DNA from: Heterodontus francisci
Taxonomy: Eukaryota
DNA: 64,000 bases
Direction: 5' to 3'
Assembly (NCBI RefSeq): GCF_036365525.1
Contig: NC_090399.1
Coordinates: forward strand, 15,375,558-15,439,557
Shown: positions 49,416-62,577 of the stretch, piece after piece
How the letters are laid out: each line of letters opens with the position of its first letter
Position numbering within the stretch: the first letter of the stretch is position 1
The notes under the pieces: generated by a model
Database searches by the model: none
Seen by the model: the letters and a program-made list of their open reading frames with translations, nothing else
What the model was told of the DNA's origin: nothing
Position numbers and translations under genes: made by a program

Positions 49416-49455
49416 CAGAGATCAACAATACACCAATTAAAGTACCTGGAGGCAT
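49416..49455 (-). CDS. NCR3: NKp30-like receptor B, signal-peptide exon (MPPGTLIGVLLIS)
   Basis: ATG at 49455 and phase-1 donor G|GTGAGT. Upstream acceptor TTTCATCACAG at 49470. Joins in frame to give MPPGTLIGVLLISAAALA-DIKVTQ. Confidence 0.75.
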
Positions 49456-49800
49456 TTTTCTATTATTGTCTGTGATGAAATAAAAAAGAAACGATTTACA
49501 ACAGCAGGTTTAAATGGGATGGAATTTCATAACCTTTGGTGAAACTTCTTTACACCCGCTATTTTACCTTCTTGGATATGCTGCTCAGTATATTGAAAAA
49601 GCAATCTGTTGCTAAGTGAAAGGTCTCAAATTTGATCACTCCACTGTATGTCGGTTTCATAGATATATGGAGGTAAAATTCCAATGGGTTACACCACTCT
49701 TCTGCCACAGGTTTAAGGAAAAGCTGTGGAAACCTTGATAAAAACAGAACCATGCCTCGAGGACAAAGGCCTACATGAACCGGTTGGGACAAATGGCCTG

Positions 49801-50927
49801 TGTCATGCTTATGAGAAGTGCGATGATTAAAAATTACACACCAAAATAGACGAGTTACAAAAGTTGACTTTCCCGTTTTAAGAAAATGGACAATGTTGCT
49901 AAAAATGGCCACTGAAGGTAGATGTCTGACAGAGACAAAGGAATACCGTTTGAGCTGGGAGGGGTCAATTACACCTATCCTGAAACATTCCTGAATTGAA
50001 TAGGTTCTTCTGAAACAAAGAAGGTACAAAGCGGAAACATCATAACCAGATTATTCTCATCCTGGACCCATCAAGAGACACATTTGAATTGAATGGGTTC
50101 TTCTGAAACAAAGAAGGTATAAAGTGGAAACATCATCAGCAGATTATTCTCATCCTGAGCCCATCAAGAGACACTTTAGAATTGAATGGGTTCTTCTGAA
50201 ACAAAGAAGGAGTGAACTAGCCACATACTGAGTCATTGTTGGGTATCGCAGAGGCAAAGGTGTGAAACCATTTTTGACCGTAAAGGTAGTTCCCTGAAAG
50301 GGGGAATGGGGAAGAGTGAGAGAGAGAGAGAGAGAGAGAAAGAGAGACACCCAGAAAGAAGCTTGTTTCCAGCTAAGGGGCTGGGAGAAATCCAACATCC
50401 AGAAAGGAGGCACCTGCTGTAAAATAGTACATCTTTACTTCTGCAACAGCGAATTCAATGGGATTCACTTTTTTTGCCTAAACATTAAACTAAGAGAGAA
50501 ACCTACAAACAGCTCAGGCCTGCAACCAATGAGAACTTGACTTCTGAGAGAATTCAATATGTTTACCATGACCCTGAAACCTACCCCACTTAAAATCACT
50601 TACCCCTTTTNNNNNNNNNNNNNNNNNNNNNNNNNNNNNNNNNNNNNNNNNNNNNNNNNNNNNNNNNNNNNNNNNNNNNNNNNNNNNNNNNNNNNNNNNN
50701 NNNNNNNNNNNNNNNNNNNNNNNNNNNNNNNNNNNNNNNNNNNNNNAGAATAAGGCTTATTGCGCAATAAACAATTGATTTTCTTTTTTAAACCTACAAG
50801 AAAACCTGTTGCTGTTTATTTCTTTGACAAATAAAACACCAAGGGGTTAAACACTAATAAAGAAAAGCACTTGCTGTGGTCAGGTGGGAGTTGAACCATC
50901 CATACCCCTCACCACGTGGCCATAACA
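49801..50927. mobile_element. Probable solo LTR (contains N gap 50611..50746)
   Basis: Termini TGTCATG...CATAACA form an imperfect inverted pair (TG...CA), flanked by CCTG/TCTG. It splits a CR1-like 3' tail and contains AATAAA motifs near 50767 and 50856. Confidence 0.55.
49992..50210. repeat. 93-bp tandem repeat, about 2.4 units
   Basis: GAATTGAATRGGTTCTTCTGAAACAAAGAAGG recurs at 49993, 50086 and 50179. Confidence 0.9.
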
Positions 50928-51474
50928 TCTGTGTGCATGTCATAACTTCTATGTATTTGGTGCGAAACTGCATTTTCTGGGACTTCTGATGCAGTTGTGT
51001 TGAAGAATGGAAGAACCCCCCACACCTAAATTTACACCTACTTTTTACAAAAAATGTTCATTTAACAGATTATTGATCAGAAATCTCATTACTTATTTAA
51101 CAGGCATTACAAATGGAAGCGATATTATACAGGGGGCTGTAATGAGATATAAATACGGAGGGTGAGTGTTTCTTCATACATAGAACCATTGCATTCGAAA
51201 TGCACGCCTGTGTTAACTTCCCCTTGTGAACCAGATTATCCTGCACTTGGACCCCACAGTCAAAATAGATTTTGCTTTCAGTGGATACGCTTTTAAATTT
51301 ACCATTACTTAAATTATTGTAGGCTTCATTAAAATAACATTTATTGTTATGGTTTATACTGTTAAATTTAATAACATTTATCCATGTTGTGGGGTTAAGA
51401 TTGAATATGGGTGGGGATGAAAAGCAGGAACTATAGAATAAGTCAAAAGCAAAAAAAGACATATTTATATAAAA

Positions 51475-52925
51475 TAAAAATGGAAAGTGCTGGAAAGGCT
51501 CAGCAGGTCTGTGGAGAGAGAAACAGTTAATGTTTCAGGTCGATGATCTTTCTTCAGAACTGGCAAAGGTCAGAAATGGAATAGGTTTTGAACAAGTGGA
51601 AGGGGGAGGGTAAAAAAGAACAAAAGGGAAGGTCCATGATGGGGCAGAGGGCAGGAGAGATTAAATGACAAAGATGTCATGGAATAAAAGGCAAAAGGAG
51701 TGATAATAGTTTTCGTAAAAGACAAAGCATTTTCCGGAGACAGTGTTAATGGCAAAATAAAGAATAGCTCTGTCGAAAGAAAAACAAGAAAATCAAGTTT
51801 AAGAATGGGCCATGGGTCTGAAACTGTTGAACTCAATGTTGAGTCCAGAGGGCTGTAAAATGCCGAATTGGAAGATGAAGTGCTGCACCTCGAGCTTCTG
51901 TTGAGCTTCACTGGAACACTGCAGTAGGTCAAGGACAGAAATATGGGCATGAGAGCAAGGTGGTGAATTAAAATAACGAGCAACCGGAAGCTCAGGGTCA
52001 TGCTTGCAGACTGAGTGGAGGTGTTCTGCAAAGCCATCACCCAATCTGCGTTTGGTCTCCCCAATGTAGAGGCAACCATATTGTGAGCAGCGAATACAGG
52101 ATACTAAATTGAAAGAAGTACAAGTAAATCGCTGCTTCACCTGGAAGGAGTGTTTGGGGCCTTGGATAATGAGGAGGGAGGAGGTAAAAGGGTAGGTGTT
52201 ACACCTCCTGCGATTGCATGGGAAGGTGCTGTGGGAAGGGGACGAGGTGTTGGGGCTGATGGAGAAATGGACCACAGTGTCGGGGAGGGAATGATCCCAT
52301 CGGAATGCTGACAGGGGAGGGGAGGGGAAGATGTGTTTGTTAGTGGCATCACGCTGGGCATGACGGAAATGGCAGAGGATGATCCTTTGGATGTGGAGGC
52401 TGGTGGGGTGGAAAGTGAGGACAAGGGGAACCCTGTCACGGTTCTGGGAGGGAGGGGAAGGGGTGAGGGCATAAATGCGGGAAATGGGTCAGACACGATT
52501 GAGGGCCTTGTCAACCACAGTGGGGGAGATTCCCGGTTGAGGAAAAAGGAAGACATGTCAGAAGTGCTGTTGTGGAAGGTTATGTCATCAGAGCAGATGC
52601 GACAGAGTTGGAGAAACTGGGAGAATGGGATGGAGTCCTTTACAGGAGGCAGGGTATGAGGAAGTGTAGTCAAGGTAGCTGTGGGCGTCAGTGGGTTTTT
52701 AATGAATATTAGTGGACAGTCTATCCCCAGAGATGGAGACAGGGAAGTCTCGGAAGGAAAGGGAAGTGTTGGAGATGGACCATGTGAAAGTGAGAAAAAG
52801 GTGGAAATTGGAAGTAAAGTTGATGAAGTTTTCCAGTTCCAGGTGTGAGCAGGAAATGGCACCAATACAGTTATCAATGTACCGGAAAAAGAGTTGGGGG
52901 AGCGGGACTGAGGAGGACTGGAACT
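51475..52925 (-). mobile_element. Penelope-like element (RT C-terminus and GIY-YIG endonuclease)
   Basis: ORF 51799..52275 reads FTCTSFNLVSCIRCSQYGCLYIGETKRRLGDGFAEHL...PSGLN. Upstream SIPFSQFLQLCRICS motif. Confidence 0.88.
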
Positions 52926-52929
52926 ACGA

Positions 52930-54452
52930 ATGTTTGATGAGGAAAGATTGAACAAGTTGGGCCTTTACCCATTGGAATTTAGAAGAATGAGAGGTGATTT
53001 AAATGAAACATATAAGATCCTGAGGGGTCTTGACAGGGTGGATGCTGGAAGGATGTTTCCACTTCTGTGAGAAACTCGAACCAGGGGACACAGTTTTAAA
53101 ATAAGAGTCTCCCATTTAAGACAGAGATGAGGAGAATTGTTTTCTCTCAGAGGGTCATTAGTCTGTGGAATTCTCTTCCCCAGAGAGCAGTAGATGCTGT
53201 GTCATTGAATATATGCAAGGCTGAGTTAGATAGATTCTTGATGGACAAGGGAGTCAAGTGTTATGGGGGACAGACAGGAAAGTGGAGTTGAGGCCACAAT
53301 CAGTTCAGCCATGTTTTTATCAAATGGCATAGCAGGCTTGAGGGGCCGAATGGCCTACTCCTGCTCCTAATTCATATGCTCGTATGTTCGACATACCGCA
53401 CAAAAAGAGACATAACTAGGAGGACCCCTGCGGGTACCCATAGCAACAGCTTTTTTTGGGGGGAAGTGAGAGGAGCTTGCATTTATATAGCGCCTTTCAT
53501 GTCCACAAGATGCCCCAAAGTGCTTTATAGCCAATGAAGGACATTTTGAAATGCATTCACTGTTATAATGTAAGAAAGGTGGCAATGCAATAATGATCAG
53601 ATAATGTGTTGTTGATTGAGGGATAACTAGGCCAGGACACAAGGAATAGCTTCGAAAGGTGTCATGGAATATTTTACATCTGCTTGAAAGGGCAGACGGG
53701 GCCTTGGTTTAACATCTTTTACAAAAGTTGGCACCTCTGACTCTGCAGCAGGCCCTCAGTATTGTACTGGAGTGGGACTTGAACCCATAATCTTCTGACT
53801 CAGCAGCGAGAGGGCTCTGAACAGAAGGACTGAGCATACATCAGAACCTGGGCTAGATATTCGGTTCTCGTGATTTCAGTGAACTATCATGTCTGTCCGT
53901 ATACCACTGGACAAATGTAATTCCGTTTGTTTTGCGTCCCCCACCCATTGACAATTTCCGCCTGATATCCTTAATGTAGTGCCACACTTTAGGATAGATG
54001 TGAAGGTGTTAGAGAGAGTGCAGAAAAGATTCACGAAAATGGTTCCAGGGATGAGGAACTTCAGTTATGAAGATAGATGGGAGAAGTTAGGACTGTTTTC
54101 CTTGGAGAAGAGAAGGCTGAGAGGTGATTTGTTCTTCAAAATCATGAGGGGTCTGGACAGAGTAGACAGAGAGAAACTATTCCCACTCAGGAAAGGATCA
54201 AGAATGAGAGGAAAAAGATTTTCAGGCAGTGAGTGGTTAGGATCTGGAATGCACTGCCTGAGAGTGTGGTGGAGGCAGGTTCAATCGAGGCATTGAAAAG
54301 GGAATTAGACAGTTATCTGAAAAGGAAGAATTTGCAGGATTGTGGGGAGAAGGTAGGGGAATGGCACTAAGTGAATTGCTCACTCGGAGAGCTGGTGCAG
54401 ACATGATGGGCTGAATGGCCTCCTTCTGTGCTGTAACAATGCTGTGATTCTG
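52930..54452 (+). mobile_element. Two CR1 3' fragments (52930..53390 and 53978..54452) flanking a Deu-SINE (53470..53810, - strand)
   Basis: LERVQKRFTKMVPG and LFSLEKRRLRGDL motifs, with CR1-type tails. Confidence 0.8.
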
Positions 54453-55744
54453 AGATGTCCAAGGGCGCTTTACAGAGGGTCAGTGAAATGGACTTCAAAC
54501 CAAACTCAGAGCAATCAGTGGGCTGATCAAAGTCTTGAGAAAAGAGGTTAAGTTTGTGGAGCGGTTTGAAAGGAAGAAAAAAAATGTTGGAAGAGGCGGA
54601 GGAGTTTCAGAAGCAAATTTCTAAAACGGGGACCAAGGCAGGAAAGTGGGAGCCAATGCTGGGGGAAAGGTGGGGTGTGTTGTGGTGAGGTACAGAGCAG
54701 ACCTCAGACAGAGTAACGGGGGGGGAACTGATGGCCATGTAAAGTTAAGGGGAGCTCAGGCGGAATGGAACTATGGAGAGATTTTAAAGACAAGGAGAGG
54801 AAACTCAGAAGGTGGATCATTGGCGGATCGAGAGTCAATGCAAGTGAACAGAGGCCGGAATCCCAGCGGTCTCGGTGAAAAATTGTGGCTGAATATACTG
54901 TTAATTTACTTTCGGTCGAATGTGCTTGTGTCCTCAAATCAGGACTGGTTTACAACACAGGTTAACAGTCTACTAAACCAAATCACTATTTGCAGAAATA
55001 TATCAATCAATCTTCCACTTCTCCAGAACAATTTTTACTACTTTACCGAGAAGCAAGAAATAAAGTCTTGTAACTTCAAAATCCAAAGAAGATCAGTGGA
55101 AAATTATGCAGAGACATTCTAGAATATGATCCCTACTTTTACAAGAAAGTAGAACTAGAAAAATCCACTTACTTTAACTTGCCAGTGAAGTGTGGCACTT
55201 CCAGTGAAATCGCTGCTCTCAGCTTGTGAAACACAGTTGGCAAAACCAATGACAGCAAAACTGTTGATCACTATTGAAAGAGATCTGTCAGCAATTTTCT
55301 TGGAGAAGCCAAGAATAGGTTTGGAAACTGAAATCCACGTCATATGCAGTTACCGCAGCAGACTGTCTTCTTATGAAAAATCATTGAAAGTGGGCACTGA
55401 CTCCCAGTTAATAGATGAGAATATTGCAAAAGAGCCATGCTTATTTTTGGTAAATTTGTCATCAATTGCTTCATCCTCTCCCAGCAGGATACATACATGC
55501 CTGCCCATTTATAGAGAATTGCAAAGTAAAATGTCATTCCCATTGAAATTCCCACATCCACTCAGGACTTGGGTAAAACAAAGATTTGTGAAATGCTTGT
55601 GAACTGACCAACACAGCCAGATGTTGTGACTGAAACTGAGGCCTCCATTAGAAGTAAAAGCTGTGTAATGATAGCTTATGAAAATGGAAAAAATTAAATC
55701 CTCGGCCTTGATGTTCCAAAGGGTTTCTGTCTATTTCCGGCATA

Positions 55745-56498
55745 ACATTGGCAAGGAACGCCCTCCCCCACCCAATCCCTCCCCAGGATTATCGGTTCCG
55801 AATACTGGTGAGAGTGATGGTTCATCTGGGGAGTGCAGGCAGAGCCAAGTCCATGGCACCATGGGTGGCTCAGCTGCACAGCGTGGGGTTGGGGGGAGGA
55901 AGATCAGTGGAAGAGCAATAGTGGTAGGGGACTCGATAGTGATGGGAACAGGCAGGAGCTTCTGCGGCCGCTGACGTGACTCCAGGGTATTATGTTTACT
56001 CCCTGGTGCCAGGGTCAGCAATGTCATTGAGCGGCTGCAGGACTTTCTGAGGGGGGAGGGTAAATAGCCAGAGGTTGTGGTTCATATTGGCACCAATGAC
56101 TAAGCGGAAAGAGGGATGAGGTCTGCAGGCAGCGTTTAGGCACAAAGAGAGATGAGGTCTGCAGGCAGTATTTAGGCAGAAAGAGGGATGAGGTCCGACA
56201 GGCGGCGTTCAGGCAGAAAGAGGGATGAGGTCTGCATGCAGCATTTAGGCAGAAAGAAGGATGACGTCTGCAGGCAGTGATGAGGCAGAAAGAGGGATGA
56301 GGTCTGCAGGCAGTGTTTAGGGAGCAAGGAGAGAGAGTGAAAAGCAGGACCTCAAAGGTAGAAGTCTCTACAGTACTCTAGGATCCATGTGCTCCAAAGT
56401 ACAGAAATAGGAAGAGACATCTGGAATACATGGCTGGCGAGATGGTGCAGGAGGAAGGGATTTAGATTCCCGATGTATTGGGACCGCTTCTGGGGAAA
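55745..56498 (+). mobile_element. CR1 ORF1 (SGNH esterase-like), continuing at about 59005..59810 after a nested LINE
   Basis: AIVVGDSIV...LPGARV...VVVHIGTND motifs. The downstream part reads SLGNKADELRAWIDTW...VVITET, the start of the ORF2 endonuclease. Confidence 0.8.
56105..56320. repeat. About 36-bp minisatellite, 6 units, derived from CR1 ORF1
   Basis: Unit GGCAGAAAGAGGGATGAGGTCTGCAGGCAGYRTTTA. Confidence 0.9.
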
Positions 56499-59000
56499 GT
56501 TTTTTTTATTTATTCATGGGTTGTGGGCATCGCTGGTCAGGCCAACATTTATTGCCCATCCCTAATTGCCCTTGAGAAGATGGTGGTGAGCTGCCTTCTT
56601 GAACCGCTGCAGTCCATGTGGGGTAGGTACACCCACAGTGCTGTTAGGAAGGGATTCCATGATTTTGACCCAGCGACAGTGAAGGAACAGCGATATAGTT
56701 CCAAGTCAGAATGCTGTGTGACTTGGAGGGGAACTTGCAGTTGGTGGTATTCCCATGCATTTGCGGCCCTTGTCCTTCTAGTTGGTAGAGGTTGCAGGTT
56801 TGGGAGGTGCTCTCCAAGGAGCCTTGGTGCATTGCTGCAGTGCATCTTGTAGATGGAACACACTGCTGCCACTGTGCGTCGGTGGTGGAGGGAGTGAATG
56901 TTTTAGATGGGGTGCCAATCAAGCGGGCTGCTTTGTCCAGGATGGCACTGAGCTTCTTGAGTGTTGTTGGAGCTGCACCCATCCAGGCAATGGCAGAATA
57001 TTCCATCACACTCCTGACTTGTGCCTTGTAGATGATGGACAGAATTTGGGGAGTCAGGAGGTGAGTTACTCGCCGCAGGATTCCTAGCCTCTGACCTGCT
57101 CTTGTAGCCACGGTATTTATATGGCGACTTCAGTTCAGGTTCTGGTCAATGGTAGCATCTTGGATGTTGATAGTGGGGGATTCAGCGGTGGTAATGCCAT
57201 CGAATGTCAAGGGGAGATGGTTAGATTATCTCCTGTTGGAGATGGTCATTGCCTGCCACTTGAATGGCATGCATGTTCCTTGCCACTTATTATCCCAAGC
57301 CTGGATATTGTCCAAGTCTTGCTGCAATTCTACACAGACTGCTTCAGTATCTGAGGAGTCACGAATGGTGCTGAACATTGTGTAATCATCAGCGAACATC
57401 TCCACTTCTGAAGTTATGATTGAAGGAAGGTCATTGATGAAGCAGCTGAAGATGGTTGGGCCTGGGACACTACCCTGAGGAACTCCTGCTGTGACGTGCT
57501 GAAGCTCAGATGATTGACCTCCAACACCATAACCATCTTCCTTTGCGTTAGGTATGACTCCAAACAGCGGAGGGTTTTCCCCCTGATTCCCATTGACCTC
57601 ACTTTAGCTAGGGCTCCTTGATGCCATACTCGGTCAAATGCTGCCTTGATGTCAAGGGCAGTCACTCTCACCTCACCTCTTAAGTTCAGCTCTTTTGTCC
57701 ATGTTTGAACCAAGGCTGTAATGAGGTCAGGAGCTGAGTGGCCCTGGCAGAACCCAAATTGAGCATCACTGAGCAGGTTATTGCTAAGCAAGTGCCGCTT
57801 GATGGCACTGTTGATGACACTTTCCATCACTTTACTGGTGATTGAGAGTCGGCTGATGGGGCGGTAATTGGCCGGGTTGGACTTGTCCTGCTTTTTGTAT
57901 AAAGGACATACCTGGGCAATTTTCCACATTGCCGGATAGATGCCAGTGTTGTAGCTGTACTGGAACAGCTTGGCTGGGGGCACGGCAAGTTCTGGAGCAC
58001 AGGTCTTCAGTACTATTGCCGGAATATTGGCAGGGCCCATAGCCTTTGCTGTATCCAGTGCCTTCAGTTGTTTCTTGATATCACGCAGAATGAATCAAAT
58101 TGGCTGAAGTCTGGCATCTGTGATGCTGGGGACTTTAGGAGGAGGCCGAGATGGATCATCAACTCGGCACTTCTGGCTGAAGATTGTTGCAAATACTTCT
58201 CTTTCGCACTGATGTGCTGGGCTCGCCCATCATTGAGGGTGGGGATATTTGTGGAGCCACCTCCTCCAGTTAGTTGTTTAATTGTCCACCACCATTCACG
58301 ACTGGATGTGGCAGGACTGCAGAGCTTAGATCTGATCCGTTGGTTTTGGGATCGCTTAGCTCTGTCTATCGCATGCTGCTTACGCAGTTTGGCATGCAGA
58401 TAGTCCTGGGTTGTAGCTTCACCAGGTTGACACCTCATTTTGAGGTATGCCTGGTGCTGCTCCTGGCATGCCCCCCTGCACTCTTCATTGAACGAGGATT
58501 GGTCTCCTGGCTTGATGGTAATGGTAGAGTGGGGGATATGCCGGGCCATGAGGTTACAGAATGTGGTTGAGTACAATTCTGCTGTTGCTGATGGCGCAAG
58601 CGCCTCACAGATGCCCAGTTTTGCATAGCTAGATCTGTTCGAAATCTATCCCATTTAGCAGGTGGTAGTGCCACACATCACAAAGGAGGGTATCCTCAAT
58701 GTGAAGGCGGGACTTCGTCTCCACTACAACTGTGCGGAGGTCATTCCTACCAATACTGTCATGGACAGATGCATCTGCGGCAGGCAGATTGGTGAGGACG
58801 AGGTCAAGTATGTTTTCCCCTCTTGTTGGTTCCCTCACCAACTGCCGCATATCCAGTCTAGCAGATATGTCCTTTAGGACTCGGCCAGCTTAGTCAGTAG
58901 TGGTGCTACCGAGCCACTCTTGGTGATGGAGATTGAAGTCCCCCACCCAGAGTACATTCTGTGCCTTTGCCACTCTTAGTGCTTCCTCCAAGTGCTGTCC
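56499..59000 (-). mobile_element. CR1/L2-group LINE (second family), long ORF2 fragment
   Basis: EPTRGENILDLVLTN, NYRPIS, LDIKAAFDRVWH and IYKAQVRSVMEY motifs. T-run tail near 56500. Confidence 0.9.
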
Positions 59001-59879
59001 AACTGTGACCTGTACAAGCCAGGTGAGTTGCAACTCAACAGGGCCAGGACAAATAGCCTCACAGGGGGTTTTGCTAGTGTTGTTGGGGAGGGTTTAAAAT
59101 AGCTTGGCTTGGGTATGGGAAACTGAGAGTAGATTCAGGAGAGAGAAAAGAAGAGTTGGAAATGGAAGGCAGAAAGTTCGTAAGCGTGTTTGGAAATCAG
59201 AGGAAACAAAGTCTAGAAAACAGAGAACAAGGGAGTTTGGTAGTAATGAATGGTTTTTACTTCTATGCAAGTAGTCTAGGAAATAAGGCAGATGAGCTAA
59301 GAGCATGGATTGACACATGGGAGCATAGTGTTGTAGTGATTACTGAGACATGACAGAAAGAAGGGCAGGAACGGTAGCTCAACATTCCTGGTTACAGGGA
59401 TTTCAGACAAGATAGAGAGGGGGATAAAAATGGAGGGGGTCACAATGTTGATAAAATTATAGCTCTGAGGAGGGATGATATGGTAGAAGGATCACCAAAT
59501 GAGGCCATGTTTTGAATTGGCGAACAAAAAAAAGAGATAGTGAGGGTTCAGAGCAAGTATTTTCCCTTAAAGGAAATGGGCATGTCTAATAAATCCAGAG
59601 TCCCATGGCTGTCAAGTAGCTTAAAGGAGAGGATAAAGAACAAAAAGGAAAGAATATTACAAATATCCAGGGCTCAATACCTCAGAAAACCTAAAACCTA
59701 TTAAAAAGTGTAGGGTGAAATTATAAAGGAAATTAGGGAGCAAAGAAAGGGCATAAAAAAACATTGGCAAGTAAAATTAAGGACAACATGTTTTTTTTTA
59801 ATATAAAGACATGAAATCTAGAATTAAAAAAGCTAGTCTAATGATGTTCATGAAACCATTGTCGATTGTTGTAACAACT

Positions 59880-62042
59880 CTGGACCCCATGAAGTCTGAT
59901 CGCATCAGGTCAAACAAGAACAAGGAAACCTCCTGCTGATTACCACCTACCGCCCTCCCTCAGCTGATGAGTCAGTCTCCTCCATGTTGAACAGCACTTG
60001 GAGGAAGCACTGAGGGTGGCAAGGGCACAGAATGTACTCTGGGTGGGGGACTTCAATGTCCATCACCAAGAGTGGCTCGGTAGAACCACGACTGACCGAG
60101 CTGGCCAAGTCATAAAGGACATATCTGATAGACTGGGTATGTGGCAGGTGGTGAGGGAACCAACAAGAGGGAAAAACATACCTGACCTCGTCCTCACCAA
60201 TCTGCCTGCCACAGATGCATCTGTCCGTGACAGTATTTGTAGGAGTCACCACCGCATAGTTGTGGAGATAAAGTCCCGCCTTCACATTGAGGATACCCTC
60301 CTTTGTGTTGTGTGGCACTACCACTGTGCTAAATGGGAGAAATTTCGAACAGATCTAGTAATGATAAACTGGGAATCCATGAGGCGCTGTGGGTTATCAG
60401 CAGCAGCAGAATTGTACTCAACCACATTCTGTAATCTCTTGGCTCCTCAGATACTGAAGCAGTCCATGAAGAAATGCAGCAAGACTTGGACAATATCCAG
60501 GCTTGGGCTGATACGTGACAAGTAACATTCGCGCCACACAAGTGCCAGGCAATGACCATCTCCAACAAGAGAGAATCTAACCATCTCCCCTTGACATTCA
60601 ATGGCATTACCACCACTGAATCCACCACTATCAACATCCTAGGGGCTACCATTGACCAGAAACTGAACTGGAGTAGCCATATAAACACTGTGGCTACAAG
60701 AGCAGGTCAGAGGCTAGAGTAACTCGCCTCCTGACTCCCCAAATTCTGTCCACCATCTACAAGGCACAAGTCAGGAGTGTGATGGAATACTATCCACTTG
60801 CCTGGATGGGTGCAGCTCTAACAACCATCAAGAAGCTTGACACAATCCAGGACAAAGCAGCCCGCTTGATTGGCACCCTATCTACAAACATTCACACCTT
60901 CCACCACCGATGCACAGTGGCAGCAGTGTGTACCATCTACCAGATGCACTGCAGCAATGCACCAAGGCTCCTTCGACAGTACCTTCCAAACCCACGACCT
61001 CTACCAACTAGAAGGACAAGGGCAGCAAATGCATGGGAACACCACCAACTGCAAGTTTCCCTTCATGTCACACACCATCCTGACTTGGAACCATATCGCC
61101 GTTCCTTCACTGTCACTGGGTCAAAATCCTGGAACTCCCTTCCTAACTGCACTGTTGGTGCACCTACCCCACATGGACTGCAACGGTTCAAGAAGGCAGC
61201 TCACCATCACCTTCTCAAGGGCAATTAGGGATGGGCAATAAATGCTGGCCTGGCCAGCGATGCCCACATCCCATGAATGAATTTTAAAAAAGAGCAAGAG
61301 GGTAACTAAAGGAAGAGTAGGTTCAATTCGGAACCATAAGGGTAACCAAGTGTGGAGGCAGAGGACCTGACTACAAAATCTGAGACATTATTTTAATTCA
61401 AGACCAAGAATCATATCTTAATTTTATTATTTAACATTGCAAATTAATCACAGGAAGATTCAATGCAGCGAGTAACTCACCTCCTGACTCCCCAAAGCCT
61501 GTCCACCATCTACAAGGCACAAGTCAGGAGTGTGATGGAATATTCTCCACTTGCCTGGATGGGTGCAGCTCCAACAACACTCAAGAAGCTTGACACCATC
61601 CAAGACAAAGCAGCCCGCTTGACTGGCATCCCATCCACAAACATTCATTCCCTCCACCACTGACACACAGTGGCAGCAGTGTGTACCATCTGCCAGATGC
61701 ACTGCAGCAACTCACCAAGGCTCCTTGGAGAGCACCTACCAAACCCGCAACATCTACCACCTAGAACAAGGGCAGCAGATGCATGGAAACACCACCACCT
61801 TGCAAGTTCCCCTCCAAGCCACAGACCATCCTAACTTGGAACTACATTGTCGTTCCTTCACTGTCGCTGGGTCAAAATCCTAGAAATCCCTTCCTAACAG
61901 CACTGTGGGTGTACCTACCCCACATGGACTGCAGCAGTTCAAGAAGACGGCTCACCACCACCTTCTCAAGAGCAATTAGGGATGGGCAATAAATGCTGGC
62001 CTAGCCAGAAACGCCCACATCCCATGAACAAATTTTTAAAAA
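59880..62042 (+). mobile_element. Two further copies of the second LINE family: 59880..61290 (internally deleted near 60440) and 61463..62042
   Basis: VGDFNVHHQEWLG, EPTRGKNIPDLVLTN and WMGAAPTTLKKLDTIQDKAARL motifs. Confidence 0.88.
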
Positions 62043-62577
62043 GTTCTCGAAGGAAAGCGTAGCATTCCTCTAAATAGATTCCAATAAACTTACTTTGGTA
62101 AGATTGATCAATGTTGAACAAAAATAAGAATTGTTATAGCATTTGGTTGCAGAGCAATGTGTTTCCTTCCCTTTTCAGTTCAGCTGAAAACACTTTCTGA
62201 AATGTCTGGAACACAAATCAAACGTCACAGTAGCTGTGTAATCTGATGGAAATTTCTCTCACTGACGGTCACACACAAATCACTCCACCTCTGTCTCATA
62301 ACAAAATAATGCTCAATATAAACCTTTGCAAGAACAGAATCTTTGACATTTCCCTGTTTTGTTTGGCTGGGCCAATAACTAAATGGCACTAATAGTCTTG
62401 GAGACGTTAGATGCAATGTATATGCCCATTCTGCACAATCCACATGCAGCTCACATTCACATCTCTGGGAAAACTATTAAGTTCAAACTAAGGCTTTAAG
62501 GAGTGCTAAGGGCCATCATTTAAAAAAACTGTGTAAATAGATCGTAAGTCACTAAAGATCACACAATTGATAAATTT

